A DNA stretch of 64,000 nucleotides, taken from NCBI RefSeq assembly GCF_009914755.1, contig NC_060939.1; one strand, given 5' to 3'. Source of the stretch: the human T2T-CHM13v2.0 reference genome, Homo sapiens. Position 1 is the first letter of the stretch. Each line of letters begins with the position of its first letter. Below the pieces are notes generated by a model. That model had not been told where the DNA came from and did no database searches. It worked only from the letters and a program-made list of their open reading frames with translations. Of this stretch, positions 14,181-27,979 are shown one piece after another. The position numbers and the translations under genes were made by a program.

Positions 14181-16029
14181 CAATCATTTTATTCATCATT
14201 TTCTTATTATCTCTTGGATTCCTATTGTGATTATTACAAACCTTTTCCAGACTCCAGAAGGTCCCAATCCCTCCTATCCTCTTATCTCCAGAAATTACAT
14301 CTCCCCTGCTATTCTGAAACATCTTCATGAATTCATTGATTATTCAACAAATATTTATGGAGTCTTTATGGCACATTTTCATGCCTGGGTTATAAACTGG
14401 ATAGGTCATGTTCTTTACAGTCACCCCTCATTCGTTCATAGTTGGTGGTGCCACTTACAGTCTTGTCTTATTGGACTTTTCTGCTTAAAATGTTTCAGTG
14501 GCTTCCTAGCGCTTTCAGGATAAAATGTAATGGCAAAATTCATGGCAACCATAAGAACTATGAGTGTGGGGCTAGCCCAACCCCGTCCATGCCATCCTGT
14601 CTGTCTCACATTCTCTACTACCCTCTTAGGTCCACAAACACATAATTCTTTCATGCAACCCTGCCTTTCTTCCCCACTGCCCCGCTCCCACCTGCAAGCT
14701 TCTCCAGGGCAATGGTGAGTCTTATGCATCCTTGTATTTCCTACAACCCTGGGACAATACTGGGCACATTGAAAGTACTCAATAACTGGATGTCCATTGA
14801 GTTAGTAAACGAAGAGATGGCCAAGTAAATAAATGAAGGAAGGAAGGAAGGAAGCTATGCAATTCTGCAAAGTAGTGCAATTTATTTCCCTGACTCCTTC
14901 TCCTGTTCCTCTTCCTGAAATAGAATAATCAGATCTTCCCTAATAGGCCAGCGAGAAAGGCTACAACTTTTTAGTTGGCTGAAGTTAGGGTCTATTCTGA
15001 CCCTCATTTCAAACTGTCCAAACAGAATGATATGCCGAGCCAGCTGAACCGAGGAGGTTTCATCTTAGCCAGGTATTTATGACAAATGCTACTACTCTAA
15101 GTAAAGTTTTAACGCAAGACATGTGTGTATCTATTTGTACTCTGTAGGATCTTAAGCAAAATATCATAACATTTAATATAAAATGCCCACAATCTGAATA
15201 TAATCATGTTAAACAGTAAGATTGTGGAGGCTTCATTGAAATTTGCGAGGAAGGCTGGAGAGTTAGAAGTGTCTAGTCACAGGGTGCCTTCCCCTTTCAC
15301 CCTCATGTAGGCAGGACAAAGGTCTCTCTCCACTCCAGATGGGAAAATGTTTCTCTTCTGGATAGTTTTGTTGAGGAAGGGAATGGAGGAAGTGGAAGTG
15401 GGCTTGCAGTGGGGTATCCGGCCCCATAGGAGACAGGATACAGGCGGTCAGGCTCTCTAGCCCCCTCAAATGCAGGCTGCTTTCTGTTTTCAGAAGTATA
15501 TTTGGTGGCCCATATGATAAAACAGTGATAAATGCATTGTCCTGAAATCTAAACGGGAGAGGGAGGAAACGCCTGGCATTTATGATATGTCTGTCTGCTT
15601 ATTCACTGAGAACATTGTTTGGGGAGGATAATAAACACCATGGAGTGAGTGTTTTCAGAGATCTTTGTGAAGATAATGTCTGATGAAGGGCTAAGACACG
15701 ATGCTCTGAAACAGGACACAAGCTCAAGGCTGGGGTTGAGCCTGCCCTCAGGTCTTCCCCTCAACTTCCCTCCCTCCCATGTCAGGACCTTCCCAGCTGT
15801 CCATAGTCAGGGGATCACACCCCCAGCCTACACTCCCTGGGGGATTGGCTTCATTTCTTCCCCCCTGCCCCTACACTGTTAAGGGCCCATGGCTCCCCCA
15901 GGATGCCCACTCATGGTCACAGCTGCCCACGGCTTCTTTCTCCCTGACTCCTCCTCCCCTTCCAGATCTTCCCTAATAAGCCAGTGAGAAAAGGCTACAG
16001 GAGACAGCCTCTCTGCTCCTCTTCTTAAT

Positions 16030-16215
16030 TAAGTACTTACCATGTGCCAGATGTCTAACTTATATCATTCATTTAATTCTAACCACCTTAAAAGACAGTG
16101 AAAATGACAATTTCCCCTATCTTACAGATGGAGAAACTGAGGCTCAGGGAAGGAAATTGAGTACTCTCATAATGAGTAGCCGTGGGATTTGAACCCATAG
16201 TCTGATGCAGAGACC
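16030..16215 (-). mobile_element. MIR SINE
   Basis: TTACAGATGGAGAAACTGAGGCTCAG...GGATTTGAACCCA core. Confidence 0.8.
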
Positions 16216-16414
16216 TCATCGATTCAGTATATTCTATTTCCTTCTTGCTACTTTTCAGATGTAGAAGTCTGGTGCAACAGAGATGCATAAGGCAGTCTTA
16301 TCCTTGAGGACTTCTTGGTTACACAAAAAGTAGTGAAATGCTGGGAGAGGCACAACAGCAGTGATGGGAGGGGAAGGCGTCTGGGCATGGCGGAGGGAGG
16401 AGATGAGCAAAGAC

Positions 16415-16830
16415 TCTGCAGTGGATGCTGCGACGTACCACCCACATCCTCCTCACCCAGCTGCAGGGAGTGATGGAGGATGCCGATGGCCCACAGGAAT
16501 TGCCCTCGACTGGAGTAAGCTGCCTCCCCAATCTTAGGTCCCTTCCTCAGGGCAAGCCTGAATCCAGGGACTGGTTAATAGGTAGGTACAAAGGCTCAGC
16601 TCCCTTCTCCACACTGAGGACAAATCTGAAGAGCCATCCTGCTCCAGAGCTCCCTATGGAACTGGCTGAGGCCTCTGGTGTGGCTGCATCACAGTTCAGC
16701 TCCTCCCTCTACCAGTCCTGCCATCCTCACTCCAGGACAGGGAGTCTCCTAAGAGTACTCCCCAAAAACCCTTCTGCACACAAGTCCCCACCTCAGAGTC
16801 TGTGTTCCAGGGAACACAAGCAAAGACAGG
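16415..16830 (+). mobile_element. LTR16-family (ERVL) solo LTR
   Basis: Resembles LTR16 consensus, including 3' CTCAGAGTCTGTGTTCCAGGGAAC; explains ORF 16425..16895. Confidence 0.65.
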
Positions 16831-18423
16831 CATGGAGACACATAGCACATTCTGGAAAGTCGAAATCGTCCCAGTTACTAGAGTGTAGGATGTAGGTTGG
16901 GTGCAGGTGGCTTCTCCTGTCTTTCGATCTAAACATCCAAGAGGGGAGCTGTATCTAGTTTTCTTGGGAACCTAACCTGCAACTCTGCCCAGTGGCAGAG
17001 GCTTGACCTATAATAAGAGTAAACTGCTTAAGATTTGGAGGAAATAACAGTCAATAACTTGAATAAAGAACAACGAAGAAATGTTTGGGAATCACATTGT
17101 TTAACAATGCTTTGGGAATGTCAAAGCTAAAAGGTAGCTTTGGAGAGCATCTGCTCCAAAGCTCTCAGTTATTATGGGGGAGTGTAAAGCCCCAGAGGGG
17201 TGATAACTTCAGGTCAACACAGATATGCCAGAGCCCAGGCTCCCTGGCCTGCATTTGATGCTCTTTCCACCACGCTGTATGTCATACATGCCGAGAACTG
17301 TAAACCTAAGCCCTCGATGGTCTTATCCACCTTTGTTCTCCTGCAGTGGCTTGTCCCTAGGAACACAAATCTGCTCTTGAAGGAGGCTGCCACTCAGCTT
17401 CCCAGAAATGCTCCAACAACTCTTCTCAAGGCCAAGCACCCAGTGAGCTTGCGTTGCCAGCACCAGGCATGTCAAGGTTCAGTGTTGTTCCAGAACCCTC
17501 TGTGTGTCCTCTCTCTTCCCACCAGATCAGATCCAGCTGCTTCCCTCCAATCGAGATGAAGATAAATGCGGAAGCCACAGAAGTCACTCTCAGGGCAGCT
17601 CACCCTCTTTCTGCACCCGTTCAGAGTTAATGCGGCCATAGGCTGGGGAAAATTGCTTCTCCTAATCCCACTCCTGGGTTAGTTGGGCCCCTCCTTTCTC
17701 TGAATAGAGGGTCACCAGGTAAGCCGATGTCCATTTGAGACATTTGGTATGACAAATGACAGTCCTTAGCCTCAGTACTTTAATCTCTGATAAATGGCTG
17801 ACTCCAGACCCATCCCTCCGATGGAGGCTGCACCGCCCCCCTTTGGCCATGAGGTCTAAAATGGAGACTTTGTCCTTCCATCTGGCTCTCTAGCCTGACA
17901 ATGATTAACCCAGCTAATCAGTCTCCGTATGAACGAACTTTTCTTTCCAGATAAGGCATATTCCTGAAAGGCTGCTTTAAGCAGTATCTGTCCCCACCTG
18001 GGCTTGCATTTTGCTGGCCTCCTATGGGCTCTATTAGGGCAGATATTCCATGGGGTTGGGAGGGCCCTGTGGTTAGTTAAGTTGGAAAAACCCTGAATAG
18101 TTATTCTTCTTTTGAAGACGCTCCATGCACACTAGGGCAGTATGTACTCTCTTAAACCTGCCTGCTTTTGTTTAACCTAGATTTTACCAATTTTATTTGA
18201 CTACAGATTTAAAAAAAAATAAATGGAATGTCTTTTAACCTCCTTGAAGGGACTTAACCTCACCTCTTTTTAAGTCCAGTTTCTCTTCTCTGTCCTGGTC
18301 CTCATACCTGGGCTTTCTGTCTGGGCCACTCTTCTGGAGTCACTGTTCCGCATGTGTCCCCAGCATCCCTTCTTCATATCAGGGTCTGGTCTTGCTTTTG
18401 TATCTTTGCTGGCTGCTCTGATC

Positions 18424-18533
18424 TGGGGTGACCAACCATTCTGGTTTGCCTGGGACCAATGGGGCTTCCTTAGATAGAGGACTCAGTGCTAAAACCGAAA
18501 ATCCAGGCAAACTGGACCGTGTTGGTCATCCTA
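18424..18533. mobile_element. MER81 (hAT-Blackjack) MITE
   Basis: Terminal inverted repeats GGGTGACCAAC...GTTGGTCATCCTA and internal CAGTGCTAAAACCG. Confidence 0.85.
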
Positions 18534-19589
18534 TCCTGAACCTTTTGCTCTGTGCCTGAAGTCCCGCAGCTCCCTGGTAGCCCACCCTGGTGTCTCTTCT
18601 GGCTCTGTTGCAGGTCTCAGCCCACCTATCAGAATTTGCAGCTGTTTAATCTTAAACTCCCTGTTCCTGATTGATGGTTGGGACTGTGACTGGGAGTTGC
18701 TTAAATAGCTCCCTCCCGTTTCTCAGCTAAACTCAATTTCACCATCAGCCCCCGCAGCTGGGGTAGATCTTGAAGTTCCCTTCCTGCCCCTCTGAGCAGA
18801 CCCTGGTCCTGTCCCATCTGCTCTGATGGGAGTAATCATAACACCAGGGTATCTTCCCTGCCTGACAGGGACAATGGGAGCTGAGTGGCTATCAGAAGAG
18901 GTCACGGTGAAGTGATGCTGACTGAGAGGGTGCTGATGGGGTGTTTTTGTGGGAAGGCAGAGACAGAGCATGTATCCAGGAGACAGAAGCACTCAGCATC
19001 CCAGTCCCTCCTTCCACTCCTGCTCTGAGGTTGCAGTGAAGCAGGGTTTGGGGATTGGCACCCAGCATGATGACTGTGTGTCTCTGGATGTACATGTGTC
19101 TGCTCTGATTAATGAGTAGCCTCTGACATTAAGCACTCACTCCCATTAGAGGAGGGTGATGGGGACATGAGAATGAATGACTGCAATAAAGTGTTAAGGT
19201 GTGTCACTACACAAGTGATGGAGTGATTAAGTCGTCCCTTGTTTTTACTGCTGTAGGTATTTTTCCACATTCCTCCCTCTTTCTCCAAGTCTTTCTGTTC
19301 CCTTGCTCCAGGGCCTTTTATGCAGGTCCAAATAGGCAGTTCCTTTTGTTTTTAGGAACCCCAACTTACTGAGAGATTAGTGACATTTATTCTTGAAGAG
19401 GAAATCTGAGATGACCTGCTGTTGAGTGAGGGAGGCATAAATAGTCAGATTAGAGGGAAGTTTGGACCAGAAGTAGATGTATTTTTCAGGTCCAGTGAGT
19501 AATGGAGCCCATACCACCCCCTATGCAGAGGTGTTGGGATCTTGGATGGACTGATCTGAACATGCTGCAGTACTGGGGATGTGGCAAAA

Positions 19590-20090
19590 GAACACTCACT
19601 CATTCATCCAGGAATGAATTACTGCATGTCCCGTGCCAGGCACTGACTGTTGCAGATGTTGGTATTAGAGTAATCAACAAAATACACTAAACCCCTGCCT
19701 CATCAAACTTGGGTCTCACTTAGAGGATGGAAACACAAACAAATGCCCGGGATTTGGGCTTTTATCTGAAGAGCTGTGAAGCCACTGGAGGCTTTGGGCA
19801 GAGCAGTGTGGGTTAACCTCAGTGTTGTGAATGGACTTTGGGGGTCAAGAGCAGAAGCAGTTGAACCAGTTAGGACTGCAAGGATCTAGGGGAGAGGTGA
19901 TGGTGGCTTAAGCCCCTTTAATTGAAAGGGCTTAGATTCTGGATATATTCTGAAGGTGAAACCAATCGATAGCATGTAGGGTATGAGAGTAAGAGGAGGA
20001 AGCAAGAGTGATTCCAGGGATTTGGGGCTGAGCTACTAGAAGAAAGGAGTCCCCATCAACTGAGCTGGGGAAGGCTAAGGGCAGGAACAG
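19590..20090 (-). mobile_element. L2 LINE fragment
   Basis: CATTCATCC...GTGCCAGGCACTG 3' end and GATTCTGGATATATTCTGAAGGT body motifs. Confidence 0.7.
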
Positions 20091-20235
20091 GTTTTTTTGT
20101 GTGTGTGGGGGTGGATTTTGCACAAAAATGACAGAGCCCCACATATCCAGGACAGGAAATCCACGAGCCCCTATGATTTTGTGTGAATTAGAAATGGCAT
20201 CCCTTTCTCTAGTGAGCATAGCCCCAAGCTGGGGG

Positions 20236-20826
20236 TATTACAGGACCAGCAGGTTCATATACCTGCTGTGGAGTAACAGACAAATATGCTGAGACAGCAG
20301 GGTTTGCAACAGAGAAAAAGTTTAATCATCACAATGCTGAGTGAGGAGATAGGAAGAGACCCTCAAATCCACCTCTCTGAGGAGTTCTGGGCTGGGGCTT
20401 TTAAGGGGATCATGGAGGGCGAGTGGCTGGAAAATTGGGGTCATTGATTGGTTGGGGTAAAGGAGATGAAATCATCAGGACATGGAAACTACATTCTTTG
20501 GTGAGTCCACTTTCATGGGGTCCTTCAGAGCAGCTGATGTCCATAGTTTCACTGGTATGCAGGACCTGAAGAATATCTCAAATGGAAAACTTGAGGTTTG
20601 ATAATACTCATGTTGTTATCTAGAGAGCAGTGAGGTGGAACTATAATCTTGGACCAGGATCTACATGACTTTGAGGCCATAGGCACCAAACAACCATGAG
20701 GAAGCAGGTCAGACAGCGAGATGCTCTTATGATGGATGCTGAGTGTGCTGCAAGCTTGGCTCATTTACATTTCTTCCCCTCCCTTCTTCCCGGATTAGTT
20801 TTATGGAGTTTTTAGGGACGGTGTCA
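20236..20826 (-). mobile_element. ERV1 solo LTR (LTR26-like)
   Basis: Reverse strand begins TGACACCGTCCCTAAAAACTCCATAAAACTAATCCGGGAAGAAGGGAGGG; flanks GGGG / GTGG look like a degenerate 4-bp TSD. Confidence 0.75.
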
Positions 20827-21859
20827 GTGGCACAGTTTGTCAGGTGGAACATTAGTTCTTTTAGCCAGAAGTCTTTGTGTTGTGAACAACCTTCACAGCC
20901 ACAAGCAGAAACCCTGCCTGAAGCCACTACTGGCATATCAGAAAGACCCCTGTCAGCTGGAGTGGGGCCAGATAGCAACTTAGGACAGAGTAAATTGAAC
21001 TTAGAGGAAAATGGTTCATATTCTATGTTTTATGGTAAAGTTTATACTTGTCACAGGAGCTATAATGGAAACCTGTTTACATGAGTTCATTGGAGGCCTA
21101 AAGGCAGAAAAATAATGTTAGGGAGTACTATCGTTCTTCTTAGGATTAAAAAATAAATACTGTTCTGTTTCAAAGTTTTATGATTCTCTTCTTACATGCT
21201 AAGAATAGATTGGTTGTCTATATTAATCTGTCTTAAAGCAAATCAAATAGAGGAAAAGAAGGGCTTTATTCTTTTCTAAATGTCTTATATTAACACTGGC
21301 ATGGGACACTCAATATTTTTGCTTTGAAGAAATTGTTCCAGACTTAAAAAAGTATTCTGTCATCTTTCATACTCAGCATTACCAAAAAAATGAGCAGGCA
21401 ATTCCTAGTTTTCTTTAGAAGGTTCTTCAGTTTTGTTGAGGGCTATGACTTACTAGAGTCATATAGTTTATATTTTATGATCTCCTTCAAGCCTCACAAC
21501 AACCCTAGGAGGTGCTGCTGTTATCCCCCATTTCACAAGTGAGAAGATTCAGACTTGGAGAATGAAAATGACTTGCCCAAGACTCCTCAGCCTGAACGTA
21601 AATGCGTGTTAGTTTAGCTCCAAAGCCCATGCTGTCTATTAAACAGTGTTCTTCAGACGGACTCCTCTGATTTGACAGCTAGAATCCCACAATCCCAAGG
21701 CCCCAGACCTCTGGAATTTGAAGGGAATAAATATATCTACTCTATGCCCCTTTCCCCACATGAGCTTGAGTCCTTTCTAGTCATCCTTGATGAGTTGTCT
21801 TCACCAGCAGTCTCAGACCTGGGCCCAGTACAAATGCTGGATGATGGCATAATAAAAAA

Positions 21860-22000
21860 ATTGGGGAGCTTATTAGAATATAGCTTCCTGGGTGTCATCC
21901 CAGATCCATGAAATCAGAATGACTGTGGGTTGGGACCCAGGGTGCAGTGTTAGCGAGTCCCCAGGCAGCTTTGGTGTGCAGTCTGGCTTGGTGACCACTG
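21860..22000. mobile_element. MER5-like hAT-Charlie fragment
   Basis: GGGGAGCTT...AATCAGAAT...CCCCAGG...GACCACTGG. Confidence 0.6.
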
Positions 22001-22828
22001 GCAGAGCCACATTCCAGGGATAGGGAATTCCCTGCCTATGTGTGAGGTATCCCTGCCCATCATTTCCACCCTTCCCAATTTCTTTCCTTTATCCCTTCCC
22101 TTGGCTAGCTCTGGCTATTAAAGTTGTTCCTCACATTGTGGTTGAACTCCATCTCTCTGCAGCTTTTGCTTACTGGCCCCTGTCCTACACTTTGGGTTAC
22201 ACAGAAGGTCTAATCTCTCTGCCACAGTGAGTGACATTCAAGAAGGGAAGTCATTTAACATGTCTGCCAGCCTTTTCTTCTCTAGGGACAATATTCCCAG
22301 TTCTATCACTTGCATCTCCCATCATTCTTATACTCTCTGGGTCATGTTCTTCTGAAATCATTTGGGTGTTCCCTTTTCCTTCAAACCACAGCACCCAGAC
22401 CTGAAGGCCACATTCTGGCATGCTTCGGCCAGCACCACAGAGTAGCTGCCTTCCTCTGAATCCCATATGAAATCAGATGAGATTTTCTAGGGCACAGAAG
22501 GGTGGGCTTCTGTGGAGCTACTGGCCATGCTGAGTTCCATAGGCATCTGTAGCACATGCTGCTGCTGAGCCGGGTCTGCCAAGTCCTGTCTTGTGCTCTT
22601 CTTGACCTTGGACTCAAGGTTAGGATCACAAATTTATTCCCGCCAGATTTCATCTTGTCAGATTCTGCTCCTGGCTCCAGCCTATTTGTTTTTTGGATCC
22701 TATCTCTTCCATCAGTAGATGAGTGTTCTCTCCCCTGATTCTTTGTCTGTATCCACATTGTTTTGTACCAGACTCTGTGGGCCATTCAGTGGTTTATTGT
22801 TATCATTGTCCCAGAGATTTTACTCTAA

Positions 22829-23156
<328 letters not shown>

Positions 23157-23204
23157 AGTATCTACCTTTATATCTTGATTTGTTTACAGAAATAATATAT
23201 AGCT

Positions 23205-23700
23205 ATAGTGGACACAGTTGATACCCATGCATATCTCCTCAGCCACATTTCACCTGCTCTGTGTGTCCATTCCCTAGCTTTTGCATCCTTGGATGCTAAT
23301 GGTCTGTGCCTGTGACTTTCAGAGGATTTTCCAAGGATATTCAGGTTCCTTGCCCCTGTGGAGTGCTGCAAATGCCGGAGAGTTCATGTACATTCCCCAC
23401 CCTCCATCCCCATACCCAGGTAACCTTTAGCCAGTGACTGACTAGTATAGAGTACAAATGCCCTAGTTCTTTTGTCTTGAGGCAGAAGTAGCTGTGAGGT
23501 GCAATTTATACTTCAGAGCTGCCCATGGATCAGGCTGAATTTGAAACTTTACCTAAGGTTGCATCCTTGCTTGTTTCTTCCCCTCCCTGGGTCTCCCACT
23601 CCCTTCCTGGTTTCTCCTGGGAGCACCTCCCTAATGATCACCTACATAGGAGTCCTTGGCTCAGAATCTACTTCCGGGAGAGGGTGACCTAAAATGACAG
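23205..23700 (+). mobile_element. LTR16-family (ERVL) solo LTR
   Basis: 3' TTGGCTCAGAATCTACTTCCGGGAGAGGGTGACCTAAAATGACA and internal similarity to recalled LTR16. Confidence 0.55.
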
Positions 23701-24929
23701 TCATTGCATAAATAGACATATCAGATGTTCTGCTTGAATATGCACACAAAGCATTTCAGGACTTTTTATTTTTAAAAAAAAGAGCAAAAAAGAATTTCCC
23801 TTTTATAGATTGTCTATTTTTTTTTTTGGTATAGATTTAAATACAGTTACTACTCATATTTTAATTTGTCCAAATGACAATTACTGACCGGTCACTAACT
23901 TTTGGGGTAAATTACTCAAGGAAGTACATGGGCTACAAAAAGAGATGCTTCTTGCCCCGTGCTTCTCAGGAAGGCCCCTAATTCTTTTCACGTGTCTCAT
24001 CTGACTGATTCCTTCCTTTTTGTTATTACTGTTTTTTTGACATTGGGTGGAGTCTACTTCCTCTTAAAGACAGTCATCAGAGTATCTTCCTGAGAAAAGA
24101 AATACGTAAGGTTTCTGCCTTTGTATCAACATGTTTTCTCCAAGCTCACAGTAGTAGCTACTTGGAAAAGTAAGAGTGCTGCCTTCTTCTAGGTTTTGAG
24201 GTTTGTCTCACTGTGTTTAATCTCAGACTTGGGTGAAGTCCCAAGGCTGAGAAAGAAATCACTCATCCTTTATTTCATTCATTTTCTTAGCTGATTCCCC
24301 ATCCCTCAGGATCTGTAGAGGTATTTGTCGACTATTCACTGGGGTGGCCTACAAAAATCCTCCAGCTTTTGGTTGGTCATGAAGTTCTGTGGATTTTCTG
24401 CCTTTTGAATCCATCCCCTCCTTTCTATTCCACTGCCACCGACTGCCCTAGTGCAGAGCCTCTTTACGTCATGGCCACACTTCCAGTGCACTCCAAAGTA
24501 CTTGCCTTCCAGGCTCTGTCTGCCATCCTTACTCCTTTCTTTGCTGCCTGCCATCTTTCTTCATACAAATCTGATCATATCACTGCACTAATTGCAAAAC
24601 TTTAAGAGCTCATAATCTGCTATTAAGTCTCAATTTTATTCAAGTCCATTTGCAATCTAACCCCACCCTACTTGTCTCTGGCCATTCCCTCCTGCCCTGA
24701 AGTTCAAGCTGAACTGGCTAACATGCATTTCCCACATCCCCCGACCCACTATTTCTTCCAGCTCCTCTGTCTGGAATGCGCTTACCTTTTCCTCCTCATT
24801 CTTCATGTCCAACAACTCCTATGCCACCTTCCCAGGGAAGCCTTCACTGTTCTCTGCCCAAGCAGAGCCTACCATAAGTGCTCTGGACACACCTCAAATC
24901 TGGCCCCTATCCCAGTAGAGGAGGTGAAT

Positions 24930-25170
24930 TGTCAAGTATGCAGATGTTGGAGCCATCTTGCCTGGGGTTGAAGCTTAGCTTAACCACTTACTAGTGCTGG
25001 AACCATGGGCAAGTTACTTAACCTCCCTGCCGCTCCATTTTCTCATCTGCAAAGTAAGGGACATAATACTACTTTCCTCACTGAGTTGCTGCGACAGTTA
25101 AATGTGTTGATGCATTTTAAGCTTTGTGAACTCAGTAAGTGCCACATAAAAGTGTTAGCTGTCATTTTAT
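24930..25170 (+). mobile_element. MIR SINE
   Basis: GGGCAAGTTACTTAACCTC...TTTTCTCATCTGCAAA core. Confidence 0.8.
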
Positions 25171-27159
25171 TTGCTAAGTGCACATCTCTCTTCCTGGTTT
25201 GATTGTGAACTCCTAGAAGACAGGGGCTGTCTTACTCACCTCAGTCCCCAGTGCTCAGTACACAGTAGGTGCTTGGTACATATTTGTTCCATGAATTGGC
25301 TTATTATTACTCTGCCAGTTGCCTGTTGGTTCACTGGGTTAACTGGCGAGCCAACAGAATGATTTCCAATGAGCTTGTATTCCCCAGGGTGGATCAGCAA
25401 GTGGTTCCAGCCCTTGTGTCTAGACAGGCCTATAACTGCTGTGTATCTGGATGACTTGGCTGGGGTTTTGGGTTCCTTTCAGCCTGCCTTTCTTATCTCT
25501 AGGCCCCATTCCCTGTTTCTCGGACAACCTGTGAATATGGGGTGTTTCTTGTTCTACTTTATCCAAAGGGGCTTTGTAATGTATTACCCTTGTCCTTGGT
25601 TGGAAATGTGTCCTTTTTCTATTGTGAAAGTTTGGTCTGTTTGGCATGCAGAATGGGAGAATATGCCAGGACTTCGGGATGCTGTCGCAGCTGAATGGGA
25701 GAGAAAGAAAGAGAAGCTTCAGAGATATAAGAGTGAAGAGGGCATGAAATATCAGGAGGGCCAGAATTGCTTGGGTTCATCTACTGTGTGCTCTTGTCCA
25801 GTGATTTAACTCTTGATCATTTGTGCAAGAAATAATGAGTCATTGCTGCTCAGGACTTTGCTGGAGAAAAGGGTCCTATCATAAGCCTCTCAACTAAAGA
25901 TGCCAATGGAATTTGGAAAGAGTTTAGCAGAAAGCAACAAAGACAATTCAGAAGCAGAGACCTAGAGGATATGAAAGATAATTCTAGGAACTGGGATGGG
26001 AGAAGGAGGTAAAATTCAGTAACTGATTACAAGAAAATGAAGGGTGCTTATACAGACATCTGGAATTTTCTACACACCTGTGCTTTAGCAGAGAAATTCA
26101 GGACTGCTCTTAGGCCTATGTGGCTATTTCTGTGGATAGAAAAGGATGACAGCTAAGACAGTTTTGTCATAGCTCCCGTTCTCTCCAGCCCAAACACTAG
26201 CAACCCCTTCATCACCAATGCTCAGAGGGTCTGGAGTAGATGAGTCATGTTGCAAGGGAATGTGGAGAACTTCTACACCAGACCCTTATCCCTGTTCCCC
26301 TCCCATTGGCCCTCTTCCCCACTCTCGGTTCTGTAGACTCCAGAGGACTGCTGACTGGGCAGAAGTTCTCAGCTTTTGATTCCTCTTTTGAAAAGAGTCC
26401 ATCTTTTTTTAAAAATCATCTTCTCTCAGAAATATTAATGGAAACCAGTGACTGTGACTTCATTTTTTACTTTTTCCTCTCCACTCTAGATCCACTTTTC
26501 CATTGATTTCAGTCCGACTTGTCTTCCCATTTTCCTTCTTTCCCACTTTCTGGGCTCCCCACTCTCCTCTCTCTTGCAGTTCCTTATGACCTCAGATTCC
26601 TAGTGCTGGCCTATTAGGGAGGAGCTGTGGCATAAGCCAGGGCCTGGCATCTGCCTGGACACACCACCCACAGCCCTTGGCGATTGTCAGCCAGCTTTGG
26701 GGAAATGGCCTGGCTGGGACAACCCTGGGGCTCTTGTTGCTTCAGCTGCCAAATTGCTTGGAGTCCCTGGCCCACCCTAGGAGCTGGGTTGGCAAGGATC
26801 TTAGTTTCTGTTTTTCATGACCATGAGTGAGTTGAAATCTTACTCTGTAATAACATTTCTTCATTCTTTCCACATTTACTTGCACTACCACACGTCAATT
26901 ACCTGCTCTAGATATTGGACAGGGAGAGATGTAAACAAGATCCAGCTTCTACACAGAGCTCACAAGCTAGTGAGCCGTCTGCTGCTTTTGTAAAGAAATA
27001 TAACACCGTGTGAATAGGATGTTAACAATATGAAAAAGACTTGGGTAGATTAGAGGGCTTCGTGGAAGTGGAATGGGAAGGAACCTGTCATGAACAATTT
27101 TCTTTTTGGAAGGGATAGGTGGATGGGAGGATGCAGAGAGGAGTGTAGCAGAAAAGCAG

Positions 27160-27440
27160 AAGGACTTGGGTTAGAAGACTAGATGTGTAGTCTCAGCTGT
27201 TCACCAATTAACCTAATGTCTCTGGCCTCAGTTTCCTCATTTGCAAAACAGGGGCGATAACTGTAGCCCACCTTGTGGGGCATTGTGAGAATTGGTTGAG
27301 AAAATGCATATAAAGCACTTAGGACACAAGCACAGCTACTGTGAGGATGACGATGGGGATGGTGAAGAACAGGCTGTGCAACTTTGGGAAAGTCACTTGT
27401 ATACACCGGCCTCAGTTTCCTCATCTACAAAAGGAGTGAG
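27160..27440 (+). mobile_element. Two MIR fragments
   Basis: GGCCTCAGTTTCCTCAT cores near 27224 and 27408. Confidence 0.75.
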
Positions 27441-27979
27441 TTCCACAGGATCATCTGTAATTCTGTTTAGCAACATTTTTTTTTCAGCATCTTCCCTGTT
27501 GGTGCCATTGGGCATTCAGAGAGGGTCAAGGCCTGGCCTCTGCCCTCCAGAAGGACAGGGTACAGGCACACACATAGATAACTCTAACAGAAGACAGGGT
27601 CCCGCGGAGCTGCTAAGTTCCTGAGCATGCGTGTTTGGGGAAGGGGTTTCTGGAGAGCTCCGTGGGGAGGCAGTGCTTGACCTGGGCTTTGAAGGACCAG
27701 TAGACAGAGATTGTGTCTTTCCCTGCTGAAAAACACTTTGTCCTCAAGATAAAGGCCAAATTTCCAGCTAAGCACACAGGTTCCTCATGATGTCCTCAGC
27801 TCCCTTCCGCTGCTTCTCCACTGTTTTCCCACTGCACTGTGATACTTCCAATTCTTGAAACATATTTTATACCTTCCCTTGCTTTCCTTCCATCTTTGTG
27901 CATGCTAGTTCTTTTGACCTGGGACTCCCTCCTCCCTCTGTTAGGGGACAGCAGAGGGGACAAGCAAGGCACTAGGGTC

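Noticed and set aside
18424-18533. Hairpin-forming inverted repeat
   Set aside because: Explained by the terminal inverted repeats of a MER81 MITE
25369-25809. 146-aa ORF (also 12108..12476, 3621..4124, 16425..16895) as possible genes or processed pseudogenes
   Set aside because: No recognisable protein family, poly(A)/TSD signature or splice context; two overlap L1 or LTR16 remnants
27224-27425. Direct repeat GGCCTCAGTTTCCTCAT about 185 bp apart
   Set aside because: Conserved core of two independent MIR fragments
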